Origin: Lytechinus pictus
Lineage: Eukaryota
DNA length: 64,000 nucleotides
NCBI RefSeq assembly: GCF_037042905.1
Contig: NC_087256.1
Span: 6,944,001-7,008,000 of the forward strand
Reading direction: 5' to 3'
Position 1 is the stretch's first letter. The number at the start of each line of letters is the position of its first letter. Both the position numbers and the translations under genes were made by a program. This document shows, piece after piece, positions 50,891-62,502 of the stretch. Below the pieces are notes generated by a model. It was not told the origin of the DNA and ran no database searches. It saw only the letters and a list, made by a program, of their open reading frames with translations.

Positions 50891-51639
50891 ATATGTTCCA
50901 TGAGTTCAGTATACATGTAGGTCTCTATTGCTCATGCACTGAATATGGTTTACACTGGTGACAGTTATTGGTTCTAGGAATATATTGATTTGGCAAAATG
51001 AACATGCGACGAGAGTGTCTGTCTCCTAAAATTGATTTTGTTTTACATTGATTTTACTTCAATCATATCGGTCAAAAAGCTAACCCACTTTCTTGCGAAC
51101 TGTGTCCTAGAACTATCGGATGAGATAGAGTCCATCTTTCATCGCGTCCTCTTGTTCGAGTTTCGATTCATGGCAAAGTGGCGTGACAACCAGTTTTTTA
51201 AATTACATGTATCTCCATTTTGATGTTTGAATCTGGCTTTTTAGTTAATTGATCACGTGTTATTTTAGCATGCATGAATGATGATGTACTATATATGTCT
51301 GCAATCTGGTATTGTGCTATTTTTACATATCATGTATGTATGTTTCTTAGATTTTGACAGCTTTGTATCTATTTCTTTAAATGGATTTAATGAGGTGTAA
51401 AGATTGAAATTGTATAAAGGCTAGAATTATCTTATTTTTGCATTGTTGAATGTACATAAAAATATACAGCACAATTGTTGCTAAGAATTGTTATGAACAT
51501 TGCTATCATCTATGAATAAATCTATTCACTACGATAAAAAGTATTGATCATCTGATTCGTACTTTCATCAGTTCGTAATATCATGTAGGTCATACCGGTA
51601 TGAGGATGACGATTAAAGTATATGAGCTGGTGCGAGTAA

Positions 51640-51820
51640 AGGATGATGATGATCATGATGATGCTCACGACGAAGACGATGAAGATGATGATATTGATGA
51701 AGATGATTGTTGATGGTGGTGATGATGAGTATGATGATGATGATGATGGTTGTGATTAGGATGTTGGTGATAATAATAATGATGTTGAGGACGATGATGA
51801 TCATCATCACCGATATCATC
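51640..51820. repeat. Degenerate (GAT)n microsatellite
   Basis: Directly visible. Confidence 0.85.
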
Positions 51821-52638
51821 GCGGATTAAGATAAGGACTTTTATATGGGGTGTAAAATTTCACAATTATATACACACATACACACACCCTCATCACGCAC
51901 CCCCCCCCCCGCACACACACACACACATATAGAGTGCGTATCAAAAAAAAGTTTACATTTTGAAAAAAACTCTGGGAATTGATGTTTTATACTTATTGTT
52001 ATGTATCTGTTAGGTGCTCTCTACATGCTCTAGGTAACACAAGCTTGAGAAGTGAGGCTTTTGGTCATTATCAACAATTTATCTATAATCTTTACTTTAT
52101 TTGATTTCAAAATTTATATCGTTTCATAGAGATTTAATTACTATGCTTGTAAGAACCAATGTTTTCTTCATCATCCTCCAGCTTACGTTATCTGTTTCAT
52201 GAATATTCATATTCATTGTGACATAAATTATGCGCATTACCATTGCGCTTTGCGCTTTCACCACATAGCAACCAATGTTTTCATTTTGTAATTTGTGACA
52301 CTTCCTTTAAGAACAAGATAGAATACGGTAGGCATCCTGACCATAATAGTCTGTAATTACAGGTATGTCATCTTCATTTATATAATTATTATTTCAATCG
52401 AACTAATTATTTGTTATTTATCAATTAATTTATTTATTCATTCATTCATCTTTCTAATGAGATTATGGAATATATTTAACTTAATGATAATTCAATGATA
52501 ATTCATTGATGTGCAAGACAAACTTGGATGTTGTATCTCCTTATATTTTTTCAGACGCTTCTGACGAAGTCTTATCAAAGACGAAAGCTAAAGCTAAAAT
52601 GGTGTCCTGCGTCATCTTTTGAGTTGGCCTCATCACAA

Positions 52639-52657
52639 TATATATATATATATATAC

Positions 52658-52712
<55 letters not shown>
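52639..52712. repeat. (TA)n(TG)n microsatellite
   Basis: Directly visible. Confidence 0.9.
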
Positions 52713-52713
<1 letters not shown>

Positions 52714-52954
52714 AAAGTTATACATGTACAACAGCTTTGGCAACTCTTTTTATTTAAATATTGTAAAGAAATGGATGAAGAGAACAATGGTAGGCGTAGC
52801 TTAAATCAAGGTTCCCCCGAGCTATCTACCCTTTGGCGGCTTGTCATTGTTCGAAACCCACCTTCACCCGACAAAGGAAATTATAATTGGTATAGTGTCG
52901 AAAATTTGTCTATCTGACGGTCAGTCGGATCGGGGTCGCCCTAGCCACTAACCC

Positions 52955-53026
52955 GTCTCTGTGGTCTAGTGGTTAAGGCACCGGCGTTCAAAGCTGGGGG
53001 CCCGGGTTCGATTCCCGGCAGAGACA
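52955..53026 (+). tRNA. tRNA-like gene with UCA anticodon (opal-suppressor type, tRNA-Glu-like body, not tRNA-Sec)
   Basis: 72 nt. Acceptor stem GTCTCTG/CAGAGAC, D stem GTCT/AGGC, anticodon stem CCGGC/GCTGG with loop GT-TCA-AA (anticodon 52988-52990), 4-nt variable loop, T stem CCGGG/CCCGG with loop TTCGATT, and A73. A box TGGTCTAGTGG, B box GGTTCGATTCC. G32 is atypical. Function is unproven. Confidence 0.75.
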
Positions 53027-53032
53027 TTTTTT
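53027..53032 (+). terminator. Pol III oligo-T terminator (T6)
   Basis: TTTTTT immediately after the discriminator base. Confidence 0.7.
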
Positions 53033-53105
53033 CGGCGTCACCAATTTTTCCAAAAGGGTAGATAGCTCTGGGGAACCTTGATTTAAGCTACGCCTACCAT
53101 TGTTC

Positions 53106-53312
53106 NNNNNNNNNNNNNNNNNNNNNNNNNNNNNNNNNNNNNNNNNNNNNNNNNNNNNNNNNNNNNNNNNNNNNNNNNNNNNNNNNNNNNNNNNNNNNNN
53201 NNNNNNNNNNNNNNNNNNNNNNNNNNNNNNNNNNNNNNNNNNNNNNNNNNNNNNNNNNNNNNNNNNNNNNNNNNNNNNNNNNNNNNNNNNNNNNNNNNNN
53301 NNNNNNNNNNNN
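53106..53312. other. Assembly gap (207 N)
   Basis: Run of N. Confidence 1.
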
Positions 53313-54493
53313 CATAATGATTAATTACAACCATTCATCATTCTCATGATAGATGCCAGTTCACATTATCATTCAGTAATTTGGCTTTCAAACAAGCGAA
53401 TATGAGTTGCATTCTCTCGGTTCATTTTCCACTTTAGGTTACAAGAAATTTTAAGAGCGACGCGTATAAGAGAGTCTTCTATATTTGGACTACGTTGCCT
53501 CCTGACATTTATTTCTATACGTACGTAAATAATTCCTTGCAAATCTATTTTGTTTGGATTTCCCACTAACTCGAGTAATGAACAATACAAATCTTGTGTT
53601 TCTACCTGCGAAAGAAATTGTCTATTTTTATACGTATGTATACACGGAGGCCGTCAGTACGTTTGCTCCTATTTCGTTAAGGAGCAAAAAAATGTATATA
53701 TATATATTTTATCAAGTAATTTTTAATTCATACTCTACTCAAAATTTAAAACAATAGGCATACTAAATACAAACCATTGCCCAGTCTGATTTCATTTTTT
53801 TCTTATTTGTTCATGGCAAATTCGATATTTTCGAATTTTTAGTAATTGCCCAGATGCCACATTATTCATTGAGTTTAATTCAGAAATTTTGCCTTTCTAC
53901 TGAATCTGAAATCTATTTCATTGCAATTTAGAAATTGATTGACAATTTGCATCTATCATTTACTCTGATGAGCACCTCTTTGTGGGACCTGATAGGGCAC
54001 TGGATAGCACACCATGTTAGTTTAGCGCCCGTGTCGCTGGATCGCGAGACTCCCATTCTACCCGCTGATCAATCGCGCCTATTGAATCCATCGTAAATTC
54101 GTAAATTATATCTAAAAAGTTTGTTGCATCACTACCAGACAAACGCTCCGGCGCGTCGCGGCGTCACGACATTCAATTAGACAATTTGAGTAGCCTATTT
54201 ACATTTGACTGAAAATCAATGGCATTCTACTAAAAAATTTCAAAACGATTTCTGGGGAGAGGTGCAAGTCAAAGGAAAACATTGGATTTCACTATCGTAT
54301 ATGATATCAGTTCCTAAAAGAGTGACAAGGATTCGAATAAATCTGAATAAATTTTTAATTTCGCGTGTGGTTTTTCAATACCCCTCGCAATAAAAACTGC
54401 GCTGTTGTTCCCACGGTGGTCATTTTCCTGAGATTATGAGCTCGATTTTTAGCACCACCAAACAGAACACAGTACATGTATTGAAAATGCAAG

Positions 54494-55020
54494 TGGAGAG
54501 CTGAGAGGACTTTGTCGAAAACTGGTGAACCGGGACAAGCAGATCGTCCTAATAATAAATAAAGATGCTTTAATAGGAGGAAATTATAATGTGTAAACAA
54601 ATTTTCGGCATTACTCCCATGTGTTTAAGATATGTGATCTGCAATATAAGTCAGATAAAATTGGAACCAGTGGGATTCGAAGAGGATCGAGGGTATTTGA
54701 ATTCCAGTCCATCGTGATTTAGCCGTGAACCAGAATAGCCTGGTGGTTAAGTCGCTGCCCGGAAAGCAGTAGATGGCATGTTCGAATCCCACTGGTTACA
54801 ATTTTTCTGACTTATGATTTTCATTACAGATCGAGCATGCGATCTTAAACACATAGGAGCAATGCCGAAAATTTGTTTACAGATCGTCCTAAGTTTCGGA
54901 GCTGACGACAAATTGCAAATATGTCGTTTGTCCAGATTCCGGGATAAAACTGCTGTTTTCATTCACCAATTTTCGACAAAGACTTCTTGACATAGCGAGG
55001 ATGAAGACTGCTCAGCTCTG
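54494..55020. repeat. Long imperfect inverted repeat (arms ~54494-54681 and ~54781-55020) around a tRNA-like core
   Basis: Three paired segments: AACCAGTGGGATTCGAA with TTCGAATCCCACTGGTT; GTAAACAAATTTTCGGCATTACTCCCATGTGTTTAAGAT with ATCTTAAACACATAGGAGCAATGCCGAAAATTTGTTTAC; and CTTTGTCGAAAACTGGTGAA with TTCACCAATTTTCGACAAAG. Confidence 0.8.
54725..54800 (+). pseudogene. Degenerate tRNA-like module (pseudo-tRNA or SINE-like head), loop CCGGAAA
   Basis: A-box-like TAGCCTGGTGG, anticodon stem GCTGC/GCAGT, B-box-like GTTCGAATCC and a T5 tract at 54802-54806. The T stem and acceptor stem are damaged. Confidence 0.6.
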
Positions 55021-56072
55021 CACTGTTGATAAATTACTTTATTAAATATACATGTATCGCCACAGTAATCATGAGAAGAAATTTGTAATCTCATTAATAT
55101 TTTCCCATCATGCAACGTAACGGAAGCTCGCGCTCTGTCGTCAACGATGAATACTACCACCGGAAAGGGTTAATGAGAAACGACACGTCGGGAATATATT
55201 GCTCATTTTTTAAATCCAGTTTTAGAATGGGGGGGGGGGGTAAGTTGTTCTTTGGGTGAAAGGCCAAACGAAAGTGATCCGATCGATGAGTTGGATGATG
55301 AAGCAGATGTTTTCCTACTCGATCTCTTCTGTTCTATACGTGTTGTTATTCCTTGCGGCGTAACCAAAGTCTACCTCAAACCCACAGGGCATGGGGTTAA
55401 AATGCGCCGAGGATTTCGCCTCCGTAGGGACTCGCGGCTGTGCGGTTGGTGCATGGTGTGCAAAAATCGTTTGTATTTTTGTCATATGAAACCTCAATTG
55501 TATCATTTAAAGTGAGCTCTGCTCTGCTTTGGCGATGCAGCCTTATATCTCAAAATGTTAATGTGTATAGGAAAGTGCAAAACACTGCTACTGTTTTGCA
55601 ACTGGATTATGTTCACCCTTGAGAGCCCTTTCATGCTTGGGTTATATTGACTACACCTACAACATCGTAATTTGTCGCTTCTCTGGTATAGGTATAACTA
55701 AAGAAGTTCAAGTAGACTACTATACTATCTGATATATAGTCTATTAATGTTACATGTCCAACAGGCTAATTTGATCTAGCTTCCACATTTAGAGTACACC
55801 CCCTTAATAATCGTACTGGGACAGGGCTTCATGTCTTGTTGTTGCTGTACATAGCTTTTATAATGAATAAATCACCGGAAATTATACTGTTCACAATGGA
55901 ACTGTTATTGTTACGTTGGTTTTTCAGTAAAACAATATGTTCATGTCGAGTGCATGATGTTTATCCATAAATTCAATTCAATACCAGCGCACTTTATTTA
56001 ACACAACTACAAATTTTTCAAACCTTACAAACATTTTACATGTACCATGTGGCCTTATTTTGTTTAATTAAA

Positions 56073-56185
56073 CGATTTGCAATCATTAACATTTGAGGGT
56101 GAGAAAACTATGAATAAATAGAGCATCTCATTACCAGTTTGACGCAATGTTTTCCCCGTGTTGATATTTAAAAAAAGCACTATCG
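56073..56185 (+). repeat. ~115-bp dispersed direct repeat, copy 1
   Basis: CGATTTGCAATCATT..CATTTGAGGGTGAGAAAACTATGAATAAATAG...AGCATCTCATTACCAGTTTGACGCAA, also present at 60922-61037. Confidence 0.85.
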
Positions 56186-57718
56186 TGAAAAAAAAAAGAG
56201 TTAGCATATCCTTACAACGCAGAAAGAACACGGAGTGAGATCAAATTATGCACCAGCTGTTGAATTAGGAAATATCTGTATGACTTAGCGCCAGAATTCA
56301 TTAATTGATCGACATTCTCGGAACCTCCCTGTAGGCCCGTATACTTCGTGATCGTTATATGTATATGTTTCTATAATGATCTTTTCTTCTTCTTCATATT
56401 CTTCTTCTTTGTTCTCTCTTTTTTCTTTGTTTTTTCTCTCCCTTTATTTTTCATCTTTATCTTCTTGATAGGATAAGGTACAGTTTACTTCCTATGCGTG
56501 TGTGGGGTTATCAGTGACGCTAGAGAGGACGTGAGTGTGTGTGTGAGCAGATGTGTGTGCTTGTAAGCTTGTTTTGCGTTTTGTTCTTTTTTTGATAATT
56601 AGCAATTCACAGTTTTTACAGAATATAATGTAGATCTTCTTTAAAGGATAGATGTCTCATCTATTACCAGGACAAGGCATGTTAACCGGCTTTAATACTG
56701 CAGTATACGAATTGTGAAGAAAATCTGTAACTTGGGTTACACTAGTTATTACAAGAAATCGTCAGGTTTCCTTGCATGCTGTACACCAATTTCCGAGGAA
56801 AAAAGGCATGAAGAATGCATTTCAAAGGAGTAAACAGCGAAATGACAGTTTTCAATTTCCAGTGTTTACAAGCCGTCATCATAGTGATGCCTGAGAAACG
56901 AGTGAAACTAGAGAAAGGGAGAAATGGAGAAATGGGTATGAAAAGAAATCGGTTGAAAGGAAGACCGATTAGAGAAATAGCACTTCAATTTGGGGGATTC
57001 TTTGGAGATATGAGAGGTAAATAGAAACGGTGGTAATGGTAAGAGAGCGATACAAGGCGATGTCCCCTGGTGGCTTGGGTCGGAAGCAGTACTGGGAAAT
57101 TAGAATAATTGCTATAGGTTGTCATTCGGTGAGACGGAAGCAGTAAGGTCTCCACGACCAATGTCAAGGAGAAGACAGGATAACTTGAAAGACTCTTAAA
57201 CTCGAATCCACTGAAAGCGTTAAAAACTCAATCGAATAGACATTAATATTCAACGCATAACAAGAAAATCGTACTCCACAAGTTTTCCCCTATTTAATGT
57301 CTACTTGTCATTTGTTTAAAAAAATCGGTATCTATCTGTCCCCCTTTCTTCCCTTCCCTCTATCTTTTTATCACGTAATTAGCTTATCTTTATTTCCCCC
57401 TCTCTCTATCTATCTCTCCCTGTCTTTCTTCTCGTTTTCTTTATATATCAGCTGATGGTATCTCTCTCTCGCCCTTTCTCTCTCTCTCTTGTCATATAAA
57501 TATGGTCTGTTTATCAAATCACTGAATTGGGCTGTTTTTTTTTTCATTATATCCAGTCTTTCTATTTCCTCTCTGACCTTATATTTCCTTGAGATCTCTG
57601 TTAGAGCAACAATTTGTACATTGACTTCGGAATTCTGTGATTCCCATATGTTTGTATATAGAGAGCATGTACGGTTCCGGATTCAAAGTTTCAGGTTTCA
57701 GTATAAGCAACAGTAAAC

Positions 57719-57810
57719 TATGACTGGCCGTTCATGTCATAAGCCGTCATTCATTCAGTCAGTCGAGTAAGTGAATGGATGACGGCTTATGGCACGAACG
57801 GCCCATCATA
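57719..57810. repeat. 92-bp imperfect palindrome centred on TCGA
   Basis: TATGACTGGCCGTTCATGTCATAAGCCGTCATTCATTCA ... TGAATGGATGACGGCTTATGGCACGAACGGCCCATCATA. Confidence 0.85.
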
Positions 57811-59998
57811 ATATATAAAGTGTTTCATTATCATGACGATCATTATATTTCATTATGATTGTTCCCATGCACAGCTGCGGAAGCGTACAAAGTATAAACG
57901 CCATTTAACAAATTATACAACCCTGTTTACCTTACAGTTTGAACAAGTGTATATAATCTTAAACAACCAATTTTATTTTCAATGCTTAGTTCTCAATAAA
58001 TTAAGCATGGTTGCGTTGCTTAAAATATTGAACAACTACTGTAAGGCTTATAATTATAGCAAACAGCGTTTCACGAAATTTTAAGCAGCATTTTTACTGT
58101 GTATAAGTCAGTACAATAACCAGAAGGCAATAATTATCAATTATTTACTTAAAAAATGCATACCCATTACCAGCGGTTATAATATAGCATTCATAATCAA
58201 GGGCCTTTTAAAAGATTACAGTTGTGATCGTTCACTTTGGACGGATTGAAAACAATATTTGTCCTCATTTCTGGGGTGTATTTTAGTATTTGAAATGTCA
58301 AATTATTCTTTGAACAGGTTCATGACGTAAGTTTTTACGATAGATAGGTCTGAATAATGTATTTTCCTTTGCTTGATATTAATTCAAAAGATTATGTTGT
58401 CTGTTTGTTAAATCATTTAAACCTTTTCATAATCTGTGTTATTGAGATTTTTCTTTGCTTAACATTCCGGTGGATTTTAGTGGATTTTTATTTATTCCTA
58501 TTCTTGTCAGGAAGAAAATGATGAACCTTCCAAAAACGTAAACAATTCATATTATATCATTTTCACTGATCCAAATTGACAACCTTATTATAAAGAAAAT
58601 ATGTGGATGCTTTTATGACAATGACAAAAAATTCTTTCACGTAACCTGTGTTATTTATTTTAAAGTATGGAACAGTGATAATTTCATCTTTAATTAATGA
58701 AAGATAAAAGGAAAGTTAATGAAAGAAAGAATGATGATGAAGGAAAGATAAAAAGGCGGATGATTGAAAGATAAAGCACACATCATTCAGATGAGATATT
58801 AAAGGAGAATAAATGGCGTCTTTTAATCTGTACAAATAAGGCGTACAGCGTTTCAATGTCGCCTAATTTATCTGAAAAGATTGAGTAGGCAAGAGATGTC
58901 GGTGACACATCTCGCACTTATCTTACCTAAACCGTGAAGCAAGGCGACCTATTAAACTGTTGAACCTCCTGGGTTTTTTTATAAAACAATCCAACGTCAC
59001 CATTTGCTTTTCTACCATGACGCCAAAATCGCCAGTTAGAAAGAAGAACGAGGACAAACTAGCAAAATAGAGAATGTATTTTGTTGAAAAAACAAACATA
59101 AGAAATCCCAAATATACAGTTTAGGGTTCGATTCTTCATCTTCCAAAAGCCATCACGTATTCCGCCCAATCAAGTTTTCTAGAAAAAAGTGGAATTATAA
59201 TTTTTTCAAAAGTCTGCTAACATTATAATAAAGTTGCACTTAAATTTTTGTAAATATTTTCTGCTGCCTTTAATAAAGACGGAATTCCCGCCTAAAGGCT
59301 GTCAAAATTTCAGTGACACAACATTTGCTCCATTCTTAATATCTTAGATGGTTAGAGCTAAGATTGTAAAGAGTTTTTGGTAGAACAATGTAAAGATAAA
59401 GATGAGGGTTTTAGTTTTGGAGGTTAGGTTTTATGTTGGGCTTAACATGTATATTTTCCATCGGAAGAATTGTCGCTGGAGCCGACAAATTGTCATGAAA
59501 CCGAAATTTCATCGTCGTCATCAATTGCGGCCTTTAATTATTACAACAGGTGACTGACTTTCACATTAAGGTAATGATTGCCTTTTTCAATTTCTTCCGA
59601 TTTCTCAATCATTCTTTTCCATTTTTTTTCTTCTCTCGACGAACATTTTCCATGAATAACTGTTCTCCTTTAGCCTACCTTTTCCGATATTCTCATCCAG
59701 AGCATGTCGTTTGCTTTTAACCCACCAGCTCGTCCTGAGTCCCTTTTACTTCACCTCATCTTCTACAAAAACCAAGGTTTTCCAGGAGCTGTGTTTTGTC
59801 TCGTGCCTTTTGAATTCATCTGCTTCCCGTTACCACCACATTTTCTCAGAATCTTTTTAGAAACTTTCGTCTCCCCCCTCTCTCTCTTTACACAGCAAGC
59901 AACGTGACTTTCGCAATACAAAAGCATGGATTTTTCTATTCCTAATAAATTCATTTTATCGAATGAAATCTAAATATCGATGGTCTCTATTATTTCTA

Positions 59999-59999
<1 letters not shown>

Positions 60000-60040
<41 letters not shown>
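60000..60040. repeat. (TA)n microsatellite
   Basis: Directly visible. Confidence 0.95.
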
Positions 60041-60043
<3 letters not shown>

Positions 60044-60921
60044 AATGCCCAGTATGTTTTAATTGCTTACTAGGTGTACCATCTTTTAAGACTTTAAACA
60101 TAAAGCTAACGAGCCCATCTTGACAATGAACATACTATTTTAGTTGATAAGGTATTTAAGAGGACAGCGATGCAATATCTGTTTATTGTACGGATTTCTA
60201 ATGCATTAAAATCGTTGTGTCGTGGGTCATTATTGGGATAGGTTTTTTTTCTAATTCTGTTGTGCAAGTCTGAACAATAAGTGATGATTTGATAGTATTC
60301 CTTTGTCAAATACGTAAACCTTAAAGTGTTTTATTATTCTGTGATGCTCGTTCATGTTTATGACATCAAAGACCAGGAATTCAAAAAGATAAAGAGTGGG
60401 TTGTTGAAGGTGATTTTTTGGTTGTAACAAAGGCAGATCACGAGTAATCTACAATTCCATATGCCTTAAATAATCAAAGAGTGTAAATCATTACATTTGC
60501 AATGAAGATTTTAAAGGATGATACCACTGATTTGATTAATAACTTGAGTGATTTGCGCTGGTGACGCACCCTCTTATTTACGCTCAGTATTAATGGACCA
60601 CACGATAAATCTATACCTGATAATCCCACCTTGAAGCAAATATTTGTTTGCTCTGGATTGCCAAGTGGTGTCCTGGACACGGTATGTACCATGGCCACTG
60701 GTAATAATTGTTTAATAAATTAGTAGATACCTGCCAAGGTCGAGAAGCAGCTGCTGCAAAGCTTCATAACAGTGATTGAGATCGTATTTAGATGTTATGG
60801 ATGATTTCACACGGATCGGAACAAACAGTTTAAAAATAATAAAATTTACAATTTCTTTAAATATCCATTCTTGTTGTGTATAAGAAATGAAATTGAAGTA
60901 AGAAATACTGCATCTATCCAG

Positions 60922-61037
60922 CGATTTGCAATCATTGGCATTTGAGGGTGAGAAAACTATGAATAAATAGAAGAGCATCTCATTACCAGTTTGACGCAAC
61001 GTTTTGCCCGTGATGATGTAAAAAAAAACACCACCAT
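60922..61037 (+). repeat. ~115-bp dispersed direct repeat, copy 2
   Basis: Matches 56073-56185. Confidence 0.85.
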
Positions 61038-62194
61038 TGCAATGTCTGGGTGATGCTTTCATAGTTTACTCGAACAAAGGTGCATTTGAACTTTGACGTA
61101 ACTTTGCCACGTGACAATAACCCTTGTCGTCATGGTAACTTTGCATGTTAACTACCATGGTGACATGGGTCATTAAATCAGAGCCAAGGATTTTTTTTGT
61201 ATGACCAGTTAAATGAAAGAATTCCATAATTATCTCATGCATTCATAAATCAGTTTAATTATTAAAAAACAAAATTACATAAACAACATTTTTTCCCAAA
61301 ATGTTATTTTTTATTTGAAAGAAAAGTTTCATATATTAAAACGTATTTATGCATATCTAATGTTTTTTAAAACAATAGTGTATTATTTGGTATCACGTTG
61401 TTGAAAGCAGAAAAATATTTAACCAATCAATAATATTAAAGTAACCGAATTAGCAAGTTATTTAGGCCTGTTTGTATTTTGTTGAGTATGTTGTCACGCG
61501 CGGTCAAGGAATGACGTAATACTCATGTCACATACCTGTTCCCTGATTATATCTTTTTCATTTACCATTAATTGCCTTGATCACGTTAATTATCAATATA
61601 AGGGACGAGGGACCTACTATATAATTTCATAGGTCAAGACTGGTTTATTGAATTTATGATATTCTCAGCTACCATTTATCCCTTCAGCAAGCCAGCATCT
61701 GCACTTTTTATGATCTATAACTAGCTGATGTATACGGGCTGGTGAGTGACACAAATTAAATGCTAAAATTGGGGCAACAAATTGACTTACGCTACCTTTA
61801 TCCCATCCTTTGCATGTGCCCCGCGGTGAAATATGCGTACAGATGAGGAAATACCAAAATGGCATGGCCTCGAACAATGCAATAACTGGGGCGTGAGCTT
61901 TTACTGGTTTTAAAGGATGTTTTACGGTAGTATTCTTCGTTAAGTTTACTGTTGTTGGTCTTCTTATATTTTTTTTGGGGGGATGGGGGGTTAAAAATGC
62001 AATTAAAGAAAAAATAATGAGTTACAACAATTTGGCTCTCTGTCTTTCTTACGTATGGATCTGTTCTCCTCCGGGGTGGTTGTTTAAGAACAACAAATAC
62101 ATTAGAATAATCAGTTAGTTTAAGAGAGAAGACGTATTGTCCAGTTTGTTGGGTGTGGTCTTGAAATAATTTGTCTTACTATTAGTCATTACAT

Positions 62195-62502
62195 GGAGAG
62201 CTGTTCTCCCTTGGAGTTGTCCACCGGAAATTATCCTCCCAAGGAGTTGTCCTCCGGGGAATTATCCTCCCGATGATTTGTCCTCCGGGGACTTGTCCCC
62301 AAGGGCAGCTGTCTTGCAAGGTGTACTCGGGTGAGTTGTCCTTCGGGGAACATGCCCTCTGGGGGGAGTTTTCACCGGGGTAGCTGTCCTCCGGGGAACT
62401 CGTCCAAGGAGGGGAGGGGTGGTCCTCCGGGTGAGATGTCCTGCGGGTGGGTTGTCAGGTTGGAGCTTTCCACGGGGGAGTTGTCCTCCGGGGGAGATGT
62501 CT
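62195..62502. repeat. Degenerate ~17-18 bp GC-rich minisatellite (GAGTTGTCCTCCGGGG)
   Basis: Repeated TGTCCTCCGGGG-like units. Confidence 0.8.

Larger units (their letters stand above)
52782..53105. mobile_element. TIR-bounded non-autonomous element carrying a tRNA-like gene (right end runs into the assembly gap)
   Basis: GAACAATGGTAGGCGTAGCTTAAATCAAGGTTCCCCCGAGCTATCTACCCTTTGG (52782-52836) is the near-perfect reverse complement of 53050-53105. The TSD cannot be seen because of the Ns. Confidence 0.85.

Noticed and set aside
51929-51985. Tc1/mariner-like left terminus (TAGAGTGCGTATCAAAAAAAAGTTTAC)
   Set aside because: No matching right TIR was found, so the boundaries cannot be supported.
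52955-53026. tRNA-Sec call
   Set aside because: It has a 7/5 fold, a 4-bp D stem, a 4-nt variable loop and A73. tRNA-Sec needs a 9/4 fold, a long variable arm and G73.
53083-53334. ORFs made of X residues
   Set aside because: They span the N gap.
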